A stretch of DNA of 49,892 nucleotides from Actinomycetes bacterium (GTDB taxonomy: Bacteria > Actinomycetota > Acidimicrobiia > Acidimicrobiales > RAAP-2): assembly GCA_021828005.1 (NCBI GenBank), contig JAKATJ010000005.1:1-49892 (forward strand), in the 5' to 3' direction. The notes below the pieces were generated by a model. That model was not told where the DNA came from. It searched no databases and saw nothing but the letters and a program-made list of their open reading frames with translations. Numbering within the stretch: the first letter of the stretch is position 1; every line of letters begins with the position of its first letter. Made by a program: the position numbers and the translations under genes. Positions 21,216-30,171 of this stretch are shown one piece after another.

Positions 21216-21824
21216 ATGCACCACCGCGCGAGGAGTCCACCGGTAGGCTCCCGGCCGATGGCTTCGAGCGCGGGCACCATGCTCCTGGACAAGCCACGCG
21301 AGGCGATCGTCCGTGCGGCCGGTGGGATGGTCGTCCGTCGTACGCCTGGAGGTGAGCTGCAGGCAGCCGTCGTCCACCGCCCGGAGCGGTTGGACTGGAC
21401 CTTCCCCAAGGGGAAGCTCGCACGGGGCGAGACGCTGGAGGAGTGCGCGATCCGCGAGGTTGCCGAGGAGAGCGGCTTCACCTGCCGCCTCGGCTCCTTC
21501 GTCGGCCACACCGAGTACCGCGACCGCAAGGATCGCTTGAAGGTCGTCGCGTACTGGGTCATGGAGGTGGAGTCCGGCGAGTTTGCGCCCGGGCGCGAGG
21601 TGGACGAGCTGCGGTGGGTCGATCTCGCAGGTGCCGCGCGCCTGCTCACCTACGAAAGGGATCGCGAGCTCCTGGTCGCCCTCGGAGCCGCGGCCCGCGA
21701 CCTCTTCGCCGACCCCGCGGACGCCGGTCTCCGGCAAACGGCGGTCCCGGGCGCTCCGGCGGTCCCGGGCGCTCCGGCGGTCCCGGGCGCTCCGGCGGTC
21801 CCGGGCGACGGGGACGGGGACTGA
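21216..21824 (+). CDS. NUDIX hydrolase with a C-terminal (AVPGAP)n repeat
   Basis: The Nudix box is GKLARGETLEECAIREVAEESGF (Gx5Ex7REVxEExGF). The start is ambiguous (ATG 21216, 21258 or 21279). The gene is divergent from the CYTH-CHAD gene. Confidence 0.85.
   Translation: MHHRARSPPVGSRPMASSAGTMLLDKPREAIVRAAGGMVVRRTPGGELQAAVVHRPERLDWTFPKGKLARGETLEECAIREVAEESGFTCRLGSFVGHTEYRDRKDRLKVVAYWVMEVESGEFAPGREVDELRWVDLAGAARLLTYERDRELLVALGAAARDLFADPADAGLRQTAVPGAPAVPGAPAVPGAPAVPGDGDGD
21741..21806. repeat. 18-bp tandem repeat, ~3.7 copies (gcggtcccgggcgctccg)
   Basis: Three perfect copies lie at 21741, 21759 and 21777, with a partial copy at 21795. The repeat is in frame as AVPGAP. Confidence 0.95.
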
Positions 21825-21867
21825 CGCCGCAGCTCGGCCGCCTGCTCAACTGCCGTACCCTGGCCTG

Positions 21868-22554
21868 GTGTGCGGGCGGATAGCGCAGAGTGAACCGAGC
21901 CGGTACGCGCAGCGCCTCGGAGCTCTCATCGACGCCGAGCTCGACTGGCGTCCCAGCTGGAACATCGGGCCGAGCGCGCCGGTTCTCGGGGTACGCGAGC
22001 GCCACGGCGAGCGCGTGCTCTCGTCGTACCTGTGGGGCTTGCTGCCGGGATGGTGCGACGACCCCAAGGCGGCGGCGCGCACCTTCAACGCGCGTGCAGA
22101 GTCGGTGGCGACAAGGCCGATGTATCGGCAGGCGTTCCGCCGGCGCCGCCTCCTCGTCCCGGTGGACGGCTTCTACGAGTGGGCTGCGGCCCCGGGGTCC
22201 TCGCGCAAGCAGCCGTACTACTTCGAGCGCGCGGACGGCGACCCTGTCGTGCTCGCCGGGCTGTGGGAGCACTGGGCGCGAGGTGACGACCGCCGCCTGA
22301 CTGCGACCGTGCTCACCACGGGGGCGGGCCCCGACATGCCCGTGCACGACCGCCAGCCCGTGGTGCTCGAGCCGGAGGACTGGGAGCGCTGGCTCGATCC
22401 CGAGCTCGACGACGACGAGGTGCGGCGCACGCTCCTCGAACCCAGGGGTGGCGTTCTCGTGCACCACCCCGTGAGCGTGGAGGTGGGCTCCGTGCGCAAC
22501 GATGGCCCGCATCTGGTGAAGGCCGTCGTTGCGATGCCCGGTGCCCCCTCCTGA
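21868..22554 (+). CDS. SOS response-associated peptidase (SRAP/YedK family, abasic-site DNA-protein crosslink enzyme)
   Basis: A GTG start is followed directly by CGR (V/M-CGRIAQSE). Also present are PSWNIGPS, FNARAES, VPVDGFYEW and MPVHDRQPVVLEPEDWERWL. The part of the track ORF upstream of 21868 overlaps the NUDIX gene. Confidence 0.9.
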   Translation: MCGRIAQSEPSRYAQRLGALIDAELDWRPSWNIGPSAPVLGVRERHGERVLSSYLWGLLPGWCDDPKAAARTFNARAESVATRPMYRQAFRRRRLLVPVDGFYEWAAAPGSSRKQPYYFERADGDPVVLAGLWEHWARGDDRRLTATVLTTGAGPDMPVHDRQPVVLEPEDWERWLDPELDDDEVRRTLLEPRGGVLVHHPVSVEVGSVRNDGPHLVKAVVAMPGAPS

Positions 22555-22565
22555 GCGCGTGGGAC

Positions 22566-25500
22566 CTACGGGCGCGGGCCGAGAGGTGGGGGAACGCGTG
22601 AGGGGCGCGTGGCGACGTCGGGCGGCGCCGCGGCCGGGGTGCGGCTGAGCGCTTCCAGCACGAGGGCGATCGCGCGGTCCAGTTGCGGGTCCCTGCCCGC
22701 CGCCCAGTCCTGCGGCGTCCTGGGCACCTCGACGTCGGGGTCGACGCCGTGGTTCTCCACGCTCCATCCGAGGTCGGCGAACCAGAACGAGTACCGCGGC
22801 TGGGTCACGCTCGTCCCGTCCACGAGCGTGTAGCGGCCGTCGATCCCGATGACGCCTCCCCACGTGCGGGTGCCGACGATCGGGCCGAGTCCGAGCTGAC
22901 GGAACCCTGCAGTGACGATGTCTCCGTCCGAACCGGCCTGCTCGTTCGTGACGAGGACCCGCGGCCCGCGCGGCGCGTTCGGCGGGTAGGTCATCGGGCC
23001 GATGTGGCGGCCGACGTCCCACGCGCGCACCGTCCTGCCGAGCGTCTCGAGCACGAGCGACGAGGTGTGCCCGCCGCGGTTGTCCCTCACGTCGATGACG
23101 AGCCCCTCGCGGGCGACCTCGACGCGCAGGTCCCGGTGCAGCTCCGCCCACCCGGCCGCGACCATGTCGGGGATGTGCACGTAGCCGACGCGGCCGTCGG
23201 TCATGGCATGAACGTGCTCTCGGCGTCCCGCGACCCAATGCTGGTAGCGCAAGGGTCGCTCGTCGCCGAGCGGCTCGACCACGACCTCGCGCGTCGACCC
23301 GGCAGCGTCACGCACGGTCAGCTCGACCGGCTTCTCTGCGGCGCCGACGAGGCTGGCGGCCGGGCCGAACACCGGGTCGACCGGTCTGCCGTCCACGGCC
23401 AGGATCGCATCGCCCGGCCTGATCCCGGTTCCCGGCGCGAGCAGGGGCGCCCGCGCGCCCAACACCGAGGATTCTCCGGGCAGCAGCCGTGCGACGCGCC
23501 AGGTCCCGTCCGCCCCTCTCTCCAGGTCGGCCGCGAGGAGACCGAGGGCGCGTTCTTCCTCCACGGGTCGGGGAGGCGGCGTCTCGTACGCGTGCGACGT
23601 CCCGAGCTCTCCATGCACCTCCCACAGGAGCTCGGAGAGGTCGTCGCGCGTCGCGATCCGGTCGAGCAGAGGGCGGTAGCGCGCGATCACGCCGTCCCAG
23701 TCGACACCGGCCATGTCGGCGACCCAGAAGTGGTCGCGCATCAGGCGCGCCGCCTCCTCGTACATCTGGGCCCACTCGCGAGGCGGGTCGATCTCGACAC
23801 GGATGCGGCTCGAGTCGATGTCGACGACGTCGGGGGAGGGCTCGTCGTGCGGAGATGTCTCCACCCGGTGGTCTGCGGGCAGCGCGCGGAGCTGCCCGGC
23901 GTCGCGTACCACGATGGTCTTGCCGTCGCCGCTCACGCCGTAGGAGTCGAGCGCGTCGACGAGGTGCGACTCGTGGCCCTTCGAAAGGTCGAACCTGACG
24001 AGCCACGCACGACCCGGTTTCGCGCCGATCCCTGCGCGCCCTTCGCCGAGGGTGCCCTCGATGGGCTCGGACAGCCAGAGGAAGCCGTCGTGGGCGGCAT
24101 GCAGCTGGGCGTACCGTCCTGCGGCGACGGGAAAGGGGACGACGCGCTCGGTCAGCCCTTCGCTGTCGATCCGCACTTGGGCCGGCTCCGGGACCTCGGA
24201 CCGTTCGCGTTCGTCTCCTGTCCCGTGCCCGGCCGCGTCGTCGCCGCCCCCGCCGTGCGCTGTCGTCGCGCCTTTCTCGCCGTGCGCTGTCGTCGCGCCT
24301 TTCTCGCCGTGCGCCGCCTTCCCATCGGCTTCCGCTGCGCCGTGCCTCGGCCGCCCGTGCGGCTCGGCGTCGAAGGGAGAAGGAGTCGTCGCCGCGAGTG
24401 GGACGAGGTACGGGCGAACCCCCGTGACGAACGAGAGGTCGAAGACGAACGCGTCGTACAGGGGATCAAGCGTCCTGGTCGAGAGGAAGGCGAGGTACTT
24501 GCCGTCGGTGCTGAACGCCGGCTCGTCGTCGACGAAGCGAAGCGGGGTGACGTCGAGGGTGACCCCGGTTGCGATCTCGGCCAGCCTGATGTGCCGGAGC
24601 GGGTCGGGGCCCGCTTCCGACCAGGCGACGTAGCGCGAATCGGGTGAGAACGTGAGGCCGCTCGCGTCGCCGTGCGCCGACGAGGACACCGTGCGCAGCT
24701 CCCCGTCGGCGAGGCGGACGAGCACGACGCGCCCGTCGTGCGTCGCGACTGCGGCGTGCGCGGCATCGGGGGACACGGCGAGGTCGAGCACCCTGCCGAG
24801 CGCGCCCGCGCCGATGCGGCGGCGGTCTTCGGGGAGCGGGCCGTGCGCCGGTACGATCTCGATCGCGTCGTCCCCCTGGGCATCGGTGACGAACAGGACC
24901 GTCGCGGACTCTCCCGCGCCGACCGCCGTCGGAAGGCGCGCCCGTACCCCGTCACCGCCGCCGAGGCGTCGCGCGGGACCCCGCTCGTGGGTCAGCCAGT
25001 GGATCTCGCCGCGTGCCTCGACCGCGCTCGCCCGGCCGTCGTGGTCCGGCGCGTGCTCGCCGAGGACCTCCGCCGCCTTGAGCGAGTGGACGAGGCGGCC
25101 GCTCCTCGGGGCACCCAGCGCGATCTCGATCCGCGCCGGCGTGGCGTCGCGCGTGAGCTCGTCGATGCGGTAGAGCTCGCCGGCGCACTGGTACACGACG
25201 ACGTGCCCGTCGCTCGACGCGGCACGCGCGTAGAAGTCGTCGTGGTCGCTGTGGCGCCGGAGGTCGGCGCCGTCGGGGAGCGCGGAGTAGATGTTGCCGT
25301 AGCCCTCGTGGTCCGAGACGAACGCGATCCGCTCGCCGACGAGCACCGGATCCTCGAGCTGCCCGTGGAGCTCGTTCAGGTACGGCACGAACGATCCGCT
25401 GCCGGTGCGGTCGATCCACAGCGCGGCGGCCGTCCCTCCCCGGTAGCGCTTCCACGACGCCCCGCGGCGCAGGCTCTGGTTGACGCCGAGGACGACGGCG

Positions 25501-25931
25501 CCGCCGGGCCCCGTGCTGAGCGCGCTGATCGGGCCGTAGGGGAGGCGTTCGAGCCCCGATCCGTCGACGGCGACCGAGTACGCCCAGGTCCTGCTGCGGA
25601 ACGGCTCGCCGGCGGCCGACACGAGGAGCACCCGCCCGTCGGGCGTCCAGCCGAGGGGGCGGGTCCAGTCGTCGCCGAGGTAGGTGAGCCGCCGCATGTC
25701 CTCGCCCGCAGTCGAGACGAGAAGCACCTCCGGATGGCCGTCCCGGCGGCTCGCGTAGGCGATCCACGCCCCGTCGGGGGATAAGGCCGTGTGCGACGCC
25801 GGGGCGCGGTCCGCGGTGAGCCTCCGGGCGGTGCCGCCGGCGAGAGGGGCCAGCCAGACGTCGTCGTCCGCCACGAACGAGAGGAGCTCGCCGCGGACGC
25901 TCGGGAACCGGAGGTAGCTGGGCTCGACCAC
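22566..25931 (-). CDS. Tricorn protease homolog (beta-propellers plus S41-type peptidase domain)
   Basis: 1121 aa. The N-terminus is LRFPSVRGELLSFVADDDVWLAP with SPDGAWIAYAS propeller repeats. The C-terminal TNEQAGSDGDIVTAGFRQLGLGPIVGTRTWGGVIG matches the tricorn catalytic Ser region. Confidence 0.9.
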   Translation of the reverse strand: MVEPSYLRFPSVRGELLSFVADDDVWLAPLAGGTARRLTADRAPASHTALSPDGAWIAYASRRDGHPEVLLVSTAGEDMRRLTYLGDDWTRPLGWTPDGRVLLVSAAGEPFRSRTWAYSVAVDGSGLERLPYGPISALSTGPGGAVVLGVNQSLRRGASWKRYRGGTAAALWIDRTGSGSFVPYLNELHGQLEDPVLVGERIAFVSDHEGYGNIYSALPDGADLRRHSDHDDFYARAASSDGHVVVYQCAGELYRIDELTRDATPARIEIALGAPRSGRLVHSLKAAEVLGEHAPDHDGRASAVEARGEIHWLTHERGPARRLGGGDGVRARLPTAVGAGESATVLFVTDAQGDDAIEIVPAHGPLPEDRRRIGAGALGRVLDLAVSPDAAHAAVATHDGRVVLVRLADGELRTVSSSAHGDASGLTFSPDSRYVAWSEAGPDPLRHIRLAEIATGVTLDVTPLRFVDDEPAFSTDGKYLAFLSTRTLDPLYDAFVFDLSFVTGVRPYLVPLAATTPSPFDAEPHGRPRHGAAEADGKAAHGEKGATTAHGEKGATTAHGGGGDDAAGHGTGDERERSEVPEPAQVRIDSEGLTERVVPFPVAAGRYAQLHAAHDGFLWLSEPIEGTLGEGRAGIGAKPGRAWLVRFDLSKGHESHLVDALDSYGVSGDGKTIVVRDAGQLRALPADHRVETSPHDEPSPDVVDIDSSRIRVEIDPPREWAQMYEEAARLMRDHFWVADMAGVDWDGVIARYRPLLDRIATRDDLSELLWEVHGELGTSHAYETPPPRPVEEERALGLLAADLERGADGTWRVARLLPGESSVLGARAPLLAPGTGIRPGDAILAVDGRPVDPVFGPAASLVGAAEKPVELTVRDAAGSTREVVVEPLGDERPLRYQHWVAGRREHVHAMTDGRVGYVHIPDMVAAGWAELHRDLRVEVAREGLVIDVRDNRGGHTSSLVLETLGRTVRAWDVGRHIGPMTYPPNAPRGPRVLVTNEQAGSDGDIVTAGFRQLGLGPIVGTRTWGGVIGIDGRYTLVDGTSVTQPRYSFWFADLGWSVENHGVDPDVEVPRTPQDWAAGRDPQLDRAIALVLEALSRTPAAAPPDVATRPSRVPPPLGPRP
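24253..24315. repeat. Perfect 27-bp tandem duplication plus a 9-bp partial third copy inside the tricorn gene
   Basis: 24253-24279 and 24280-24306 are both ccgtgcgctgtcgtcgcgcctttctcg. The repeat encodes HGEKGATTA twice. Confidence 0.95.
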
Positions 25932-26221
25932 GGCGCGCGACGGTACCGGACCAGTAATCTGCGGGCGAGCCGCTCCCGGGTCGGAGGCGCACGAGACGAC
26001 GGTCCACCGGGTGGACGTCGCGAGCGACCTCTACCTCCTGGTGTGGCATCGTCGCCCGCTCGAGGGTCTCGAGGTCGAAGGACCTGGCCAGCTCTTCGAG
26101 CAAGCATGGGGTTCACGCGTCGTGACGTGGACGTGAGGGATCGCCCGCGCCGCCGCGGGCGGCACCGACGCCGCGGCCTAGGATCGGGGCCGGTCTGCGA
26201 CCCGCCTGGCGCAGGCCCTAC

Positions 26222-26310
26222 GGAGAGGTGCGAGAGCGGCCGAATCGGACTCACTGCTAATGAGTTGACTGGGGGAACCTGGTCCGAGGGTTCAAATCCC
26301 TCCCTCTCCG
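26222..26310 (+). tRNA. tRNA-Ser (anticodon GCT)
   Basis: The sequence is GGAGAGGTGCGAGAGCGGCCGAATCGGACTCACTGCTAATGAGTTGACTGGGGGAACCTGGTCCGAGGGTTCAAATCCCTCCCTCTCCG. It has a CT-GCT-AA anticodon loop and a long variable arm. Confidence 0.9.
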
Positions 26311-26456
26311 CGAAACACGACTGGCCGGCGGCGGGCGTGCCCGTGCATCGGACCACGAGACTGCGCCGCTCGCCCGAGCGGCGCGCGACGCAGTCGGTGC
26401 AGCACTCGCGCCCAGCCGGCGCGACGGTCGAGGCGGACCGCCTCGAAGGAGGATCG

Positions 26457-27869
26457 ATGGCCAAGGGCCGCTACTGGCTGCAGACGCTCGGCTGCCCGAA
26501 GAACCAGGTCGACTCGGACAAGCTCGCCGGTCTGCTCGAGACCGACGGCTTCGTGCCCTCCGCGTGCCCCGAGAAGGCCGACCTCGTGGTCGTAAACACG
26601 TGCGCGTTCGTCGAGGCGGCCCGGCAGGAGTCGATCGAGGCGGTGCTGGAGCTCGCCGGCGCGCGTCGTGCCGGCGCGCGCCTGGTCGTCACGGGCTGCA
26701 TGGCCGAGCGGTACGGCGACGAGCTCGCTTCGGCGCTGCCCGAGGTCGATCTCGTGGCAGGGTTCGGGCGGCCACTCGCCCCCGTCGGCAGTGAGCGCAT
26801 GGTCCCGGTCGGTGCACCGGCTCCCCGCGCGGCGCCGGCCGCGGCGCCGGTCCCGGTCGAGCTCGGGGCGCCTCGCGGCCGCACCTCTCCGCCGCCAGCC
26901 CGTTCGGCCGGGCTCGCGTCCTTCGACCTCCTCTCGCTCCCGAGGCCGGCGTCTGCAGCGCCCTGGGCGTACGTGAAGGTCGCCGAAGGCTGCGATCGGC
27001 GCTGCGGGTTCTGTGCGATCCCGTCGTTTCGCGGCACCCAGCGGTCTCGCCCGCCCGCGGACGTCCTCGCGGAGGTGCGATCGCTGGCATGCGCCCAGGC
27101 GATGCCGGTGAACGAGGTCGTCCTCGTGGCCCAGGACCTCGCCTCCTACGGACGGGACCGCACCGCCCACCACGGGGGAGCACGCCGCGCCGGCAGCCCG
27201 ACGCCGCTCGTCTCGCTCGTCGAGGCGGTGGCCGGGATGGTGCGGCGCACGAGGCTGCTGTACCTGTACCCCTCCGCCCTCACCTCCGAGCTCGTGGAAG
27301 TGGTGCTCGCCACCGGCGTGCCGTACTTCGACCTGTCGCTCCAGCACGTCGCCCGCCCGCTGCTCGCGCGCATGCGCCGGTGGGGGGACGGCGAACGCTT
27401 CCTCGAGCGCATCGCGGCGATCCGGCGAGCGGAGCCACGCGCCACGTTCCGCTCCTCGTTCATCCTCGGGTACCCCGGCGAGACCGAGGAGGACCACGAC
27501 GAGCTGCTCAGCTTCCTCGACGCGGCGCAGCTCGATTGGGCGGGGTTCTTCACGTTCTCCAAGGAGACGGGGACCCTTGCCGCCAGGCTCGAGGGGCAAG
27601 TGCCCGGCGAGCTGGCGCTCGAGCGGCTGCGGGAGTGCGTGGAACTGCAGGACACGATCACCGCCCGACGGCGCGACGCGCTCGTGGGTGAGGTCCGTGA
27701 GGTGCTGGTGGACGCGCCGGGTCGCGGCCGCACCGTGCACGAGGCGCCCGAGATCGACGGGGTCGTGCGGCTGCCGGCATCGCTCCCGGCCGGCTCGATC
27801 GCCGACGTCGAGCTCACGGCGTCGCTCGGCATCGACCTCGTCGGCGCACCCGTCGGAGCTGGGCGATGA
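26457..27869 (+). CDS. rimO: Ribosomal protein S12 methylthiotransferase RimO
   Basis: From ATG 26457 (RBS GAAGGAGGA): MAKGRYWLQTLGCPKNQVDSDKL. It carries the radical-SAM CDRRCGFCAIP (CxxxCxxC) motif and a C-terminal TRAM-like segment. The upstream part of the 692-aa track ORF runs across the tRNA. Confidence 0.85.
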   Translation: MAKGRYWLQTLGCPKNQVDSDKLAGLLETDGFVPSACPEKADLVVVNTCAFVEAARQESIEAVLELAGARRAGARLVVTGCMAERYGDELASALPEVDLVAGFGRPLAPVGSERMVPVGAPAPRAAPAAAPVPVELGAPRGRTSPPPARSAGLASFDLLSLPRPASAAPWAYVKVAEGCDRRCGFCAIPSFRGTQRSRPPADVLAEVRSLACAQAMPVNEVVLVAQDLASYGRDRTAHHGGARRAGSPTPLVSLVEAVAGMVRRTRLLYLYPSALTSELVEVVLATGVPYFDLSLQHVARPLLARMRRWGDGERFLERIAAIRRAEPRATFRSSFILGYPGETEEDHDELLSFLDAAQLDWAGFFTFSKETGTLAARLEGQVPGELALERLRECVELQDTITARRRDALVGEVREVLVDAPGRGRTVHEAPEIDGVVRLPASLPAGSIADVELTASLGIDLVGAPVGAGR

Positions 27870-28444
27870 GCGACACCGTGCCGCCGGGCTACGGTCCCTC
27901 GGCCCTGGCGACGCCCGCCAACGCGCTCACCGCCGCCCGGCTCCTTGCCGCGCCGGTGTTCGTCGGGATCGTCCTGAGCGAAGGCGCGAGCTGGGTCACC
28001 GTCGTGGCAGGCGTCGTGTTCGCGGGCAGCGACGGGCTCGACGGATGGCTCGCCCGCCGGCACGGCACGACGCGTTCGGGGGCCTTCCTCGACCCGCTCG
28101 CCGACAAGGCCCTCGTGATGGGCGCCTTCTTCGCGCTCGGGGTGCAGGGCCGCATGCCGTGGGTTCCCGTCGGGCTCATGGCGGCTCGGGAGGCGGGCAT
28201 GAGCGCGTACCGGTCGTGGGCAGGCAGGCGCGGGGTCTCGGTCCCGGCCCGCCGCCTCGCCAAGCTGAAGACGCTCGTCCAGGAGCTCGCCATCGCGACC
28301 TACCTGGTCCCCCCGCTTGCCGGGCATCCGACGCTCCAGCTGACTGCGGTCTGGGCCGCGGTCGCGCTCACGCTTGCAAGCGGCGCGCAGTACCTCTGGG
28401 ATGGTCGGCTGGCGTTGGGCGCTGCCGGTAGCTCCCGGTCATGA
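27866..28444 (+). CDS. pgsA: CDP-diacylglycerol--glycerol-3-phosphate 3-phosphatidyltransferase
   Basis: CDP-alcohol phosphatidyltransferase motif DGLDGWLARRHGTTRSGAFLDPLADK. There is an ATGA overlap with rimO. Confidence 0.9.
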   Translation: MSDTVPPGYGPSALATPANALTAARLLAAPVFVGIVLSEGASWVTVVAGVVFAGSDGLDGWLARRHGTTRSGAFLDPLADKALVMGAFFALGVQGRMPWVPVGLMAAREAGMSAYRSWAGRRGVSVPARRLAKLKTLVQELAIATYLVPPLAGHPTLQLTAVWAAVALTLASGAQYLWDGRLALGAAGSSRS

Positions 28445-29754
28445 GGGTCGAGATCGTCGCTGTCGGCACCGAGCTCCTGCTCGGCCAGATCGCGGACACG
28501 AACGGCCAGTGGTTGGGCGAGCACCTTGCTGCAGCTGGCGTCGACTCGTACTTCCACCAGGTGGTGGGCGACAACCGAGCGCGGATCGCGACAGCGCTGC
28601 GGACCGCGCTCGCCCGCGGTGACGCCGTCATCGCTTGTGGCGGCCTCGGGCCGACCCAGGACGACATCACTCGTGAGGCGATCGCCGAGGTCATGAACGT
28701 CCCGCTCGTCCGCCACGCAGAGATCTCCCGCCGCATCGAGGGGTTCTTCCACGCGCGCGGTCGTGCAATGTCGCCCAACAACTTGCGCCAGGCCGACGTC
28801 CCGCGGGGCGCCACCATCATCGATCAGACGCGCGGCACCGCGCCGGGACTGATCTGCCCGCTCGGGCGGAAAGTCGTCTACGCGGTCCCCGGCGTGCCCC
28901 ACGAGATGGCGGAGATGTTCGAGCGCGCGGTCCTCCCGGACCTCCGGCGGCGCATGGCGGAGGCGGGAGAGGGGACCGGAGTGATCCTGAGCCGGGTCCT
29001 TCGGACGTGGGGCACGAGCGAGTCGGCCCTCTCCGAGGCGCTGCAGAGCAGGATCGACGCGCTCGACGCGCCGCCGCAAGTTGGTGGGCGCGCCGGCACC
29101 GTGACCATCGCGTTCCTCGCGAGCGGCATCGAGGGGATCAAGGTGCGGCTGACCGCGCGTGCGCGTGACGAGGACGGCGCCCGGTCGGCGCTCGACGCGG
29201 AGGAGAAAGAGGTCCGGGAGGTCCTCGCCGCGACGCTGGGAGACGTCGTCTTCGGCCTGGACGACGTGTCGATGGAGTTGGCGGTCGCAACGCTGCTCGT
29301 CGAGCAGCGCCTCACGCTCGCGGTGGCCGAGTCCCTGACCGGCGGGCTGATCGCGGCCCGGCTGGTGGGCGTCCCCGGGGCGAGCACGTGGCTGCGCGGC
29401 GGCGTGGTGGCGTACGACTCCGCGGTCAAGTTCTCGGTGCTCGGCGTGCCCGAGGGACCCGTCGTGACCGAGGAAGCCGCCATCGCGATGGCACGGGGCG
29501 CTCGCCGGGTCCTCGGCTCCGCGATCGGCCTCGGGGTCACCGGGGTCGCGGGGCCGGATCCCCAAGAGGGCCTGGCGCCGGGGACCGTGTTCGTCGCGCT
29601 TGCCCTCCCGAACGGCGTGACGCCGAGCCGGAGCCTGCGGCTGCCGGGGGATCGCGAACGCGTCCGGCAGTACTCCGCGATCTCAGCGCTCGACCTCATG
29701 CGGCGCACGCTGCGCACACCCGATCACGGCTTCGAGGCGCCCACGCTCGGGTAG
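28441..29754 (+). CDS. cinA: CinA (competence/damage-inducible protein; MoCF-binding plus PncC-type nicotinamide-nucleotide amidase domains)
   Basis: MRVEIVAVGTELLLGQIADTNGQWL, GGLGPTQDDITREA, and in the C-terminal domain LTLAVAESLTGGLIAARL. There is an ATGA overlap with pgsA. Confidence 0.9.
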   Translation: MRVEIVAVGTELLLGQIADTNGQWLGEHLAAAGVDSYFHQVVGDNRARIATALRTALARGDAVIACGGLGPTQDDITREAIAEVMNVPLVRHAEISRRIEGFFHARGRAMSPNNLRQADVPRGATIIDQTRGTAPGLICPLGRKVVYAVPGVPHEMAEMFERAVLPDLRRRMAEAGEGTGVILSRVLRTWGTSESALSEALQSRIDALDAPPQVGGRAGTVTIAFLASGIEGIKVRLTARARDEDGARSALDAEEKEVREVLAATLGDVVFGLDDVSMELAVATLLVEQRLTLAVAESLTGGLIAARLVGVPGASTWLRGGVVAYDSAVKFSVLGVPEGPVVTEEAAIAMARGARRVLGSAIGLGVTGVAGPDPQEGLAPGTVFVALALPNGVTPSRSLRLPGDRERVRQYSAISALDLMRRTLRTPDHGFEAPTLG

Positions 29755-29802
29755 CACCATCGCGCGGGCGCGGACCGTGTCGTCGGCCCGACCGTTCGGC
29801 GC

Positions 29803-30171
29803 GTGGTGCAGGCGTCGGGTACGGGAACCGGGTGGGACGTCGAGCTCTCCGACGAGGTCGTCAGGTGGTACGTGCAGCTCGACGCGCGTGAGCGCGCGTT
29901 CGCCGACCGCGCGCTGGATCGGCTCGCGTCGACAGGGCCCGCGCTGCGAATGCCCCACACCAGGGCGCTCGGCGACGGCCTGCACGAGCTCCGGCTCACG
30001 TGCGAAGGTGTCTCGAGACGCGTCACCTACGCGTGGGGCGAGTGCAGGACGGTGACGATGCTCACGACGTTCCGAAAGCAGCGCGGGCACGAGCGCCACG
30101 AAGTGGAGCGCGCCCGAAGCGCGCTCGCGCGAACGAGGCCGCGTGAGCGCGACCGGGAACGGAGCAGGTGA
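29803..30171 (+). CDS. RelE/HigB-type toxin (Gp49/DUF891-like) of a type II toxin-antitoxin pair
   Basis: 122 aa. WDVELSDEVVRWY..L..RA..L...GPALRMPHTRALGDGLHELRL....RVTYAW...TVTMLTTFRKQ follows the Gp49-like HigB pattern as I remember it. It overlaps the downstream HTH gene. Confidence 0.7.
   Translation: MVQASGTGTGWDVELSDEVVRWYVQLDARERAFADRALDRLASTGPALRMPHTRALGDGLHELRLTCEGVSRRVTYAWGECRTVTMLTTFRKQRGHERHEVERARSALARTRPRERDRERSR

Noticed and set aside
25791-26456. N-terminal 222 codons of the 692-aa rimO track ORF
   Set aside because: It runs straight through tRNA-Ser(GCT) and is Arg/Gly-rich. ATG 26457 has a strong RBS and gives the canonical RimO N-terminus.
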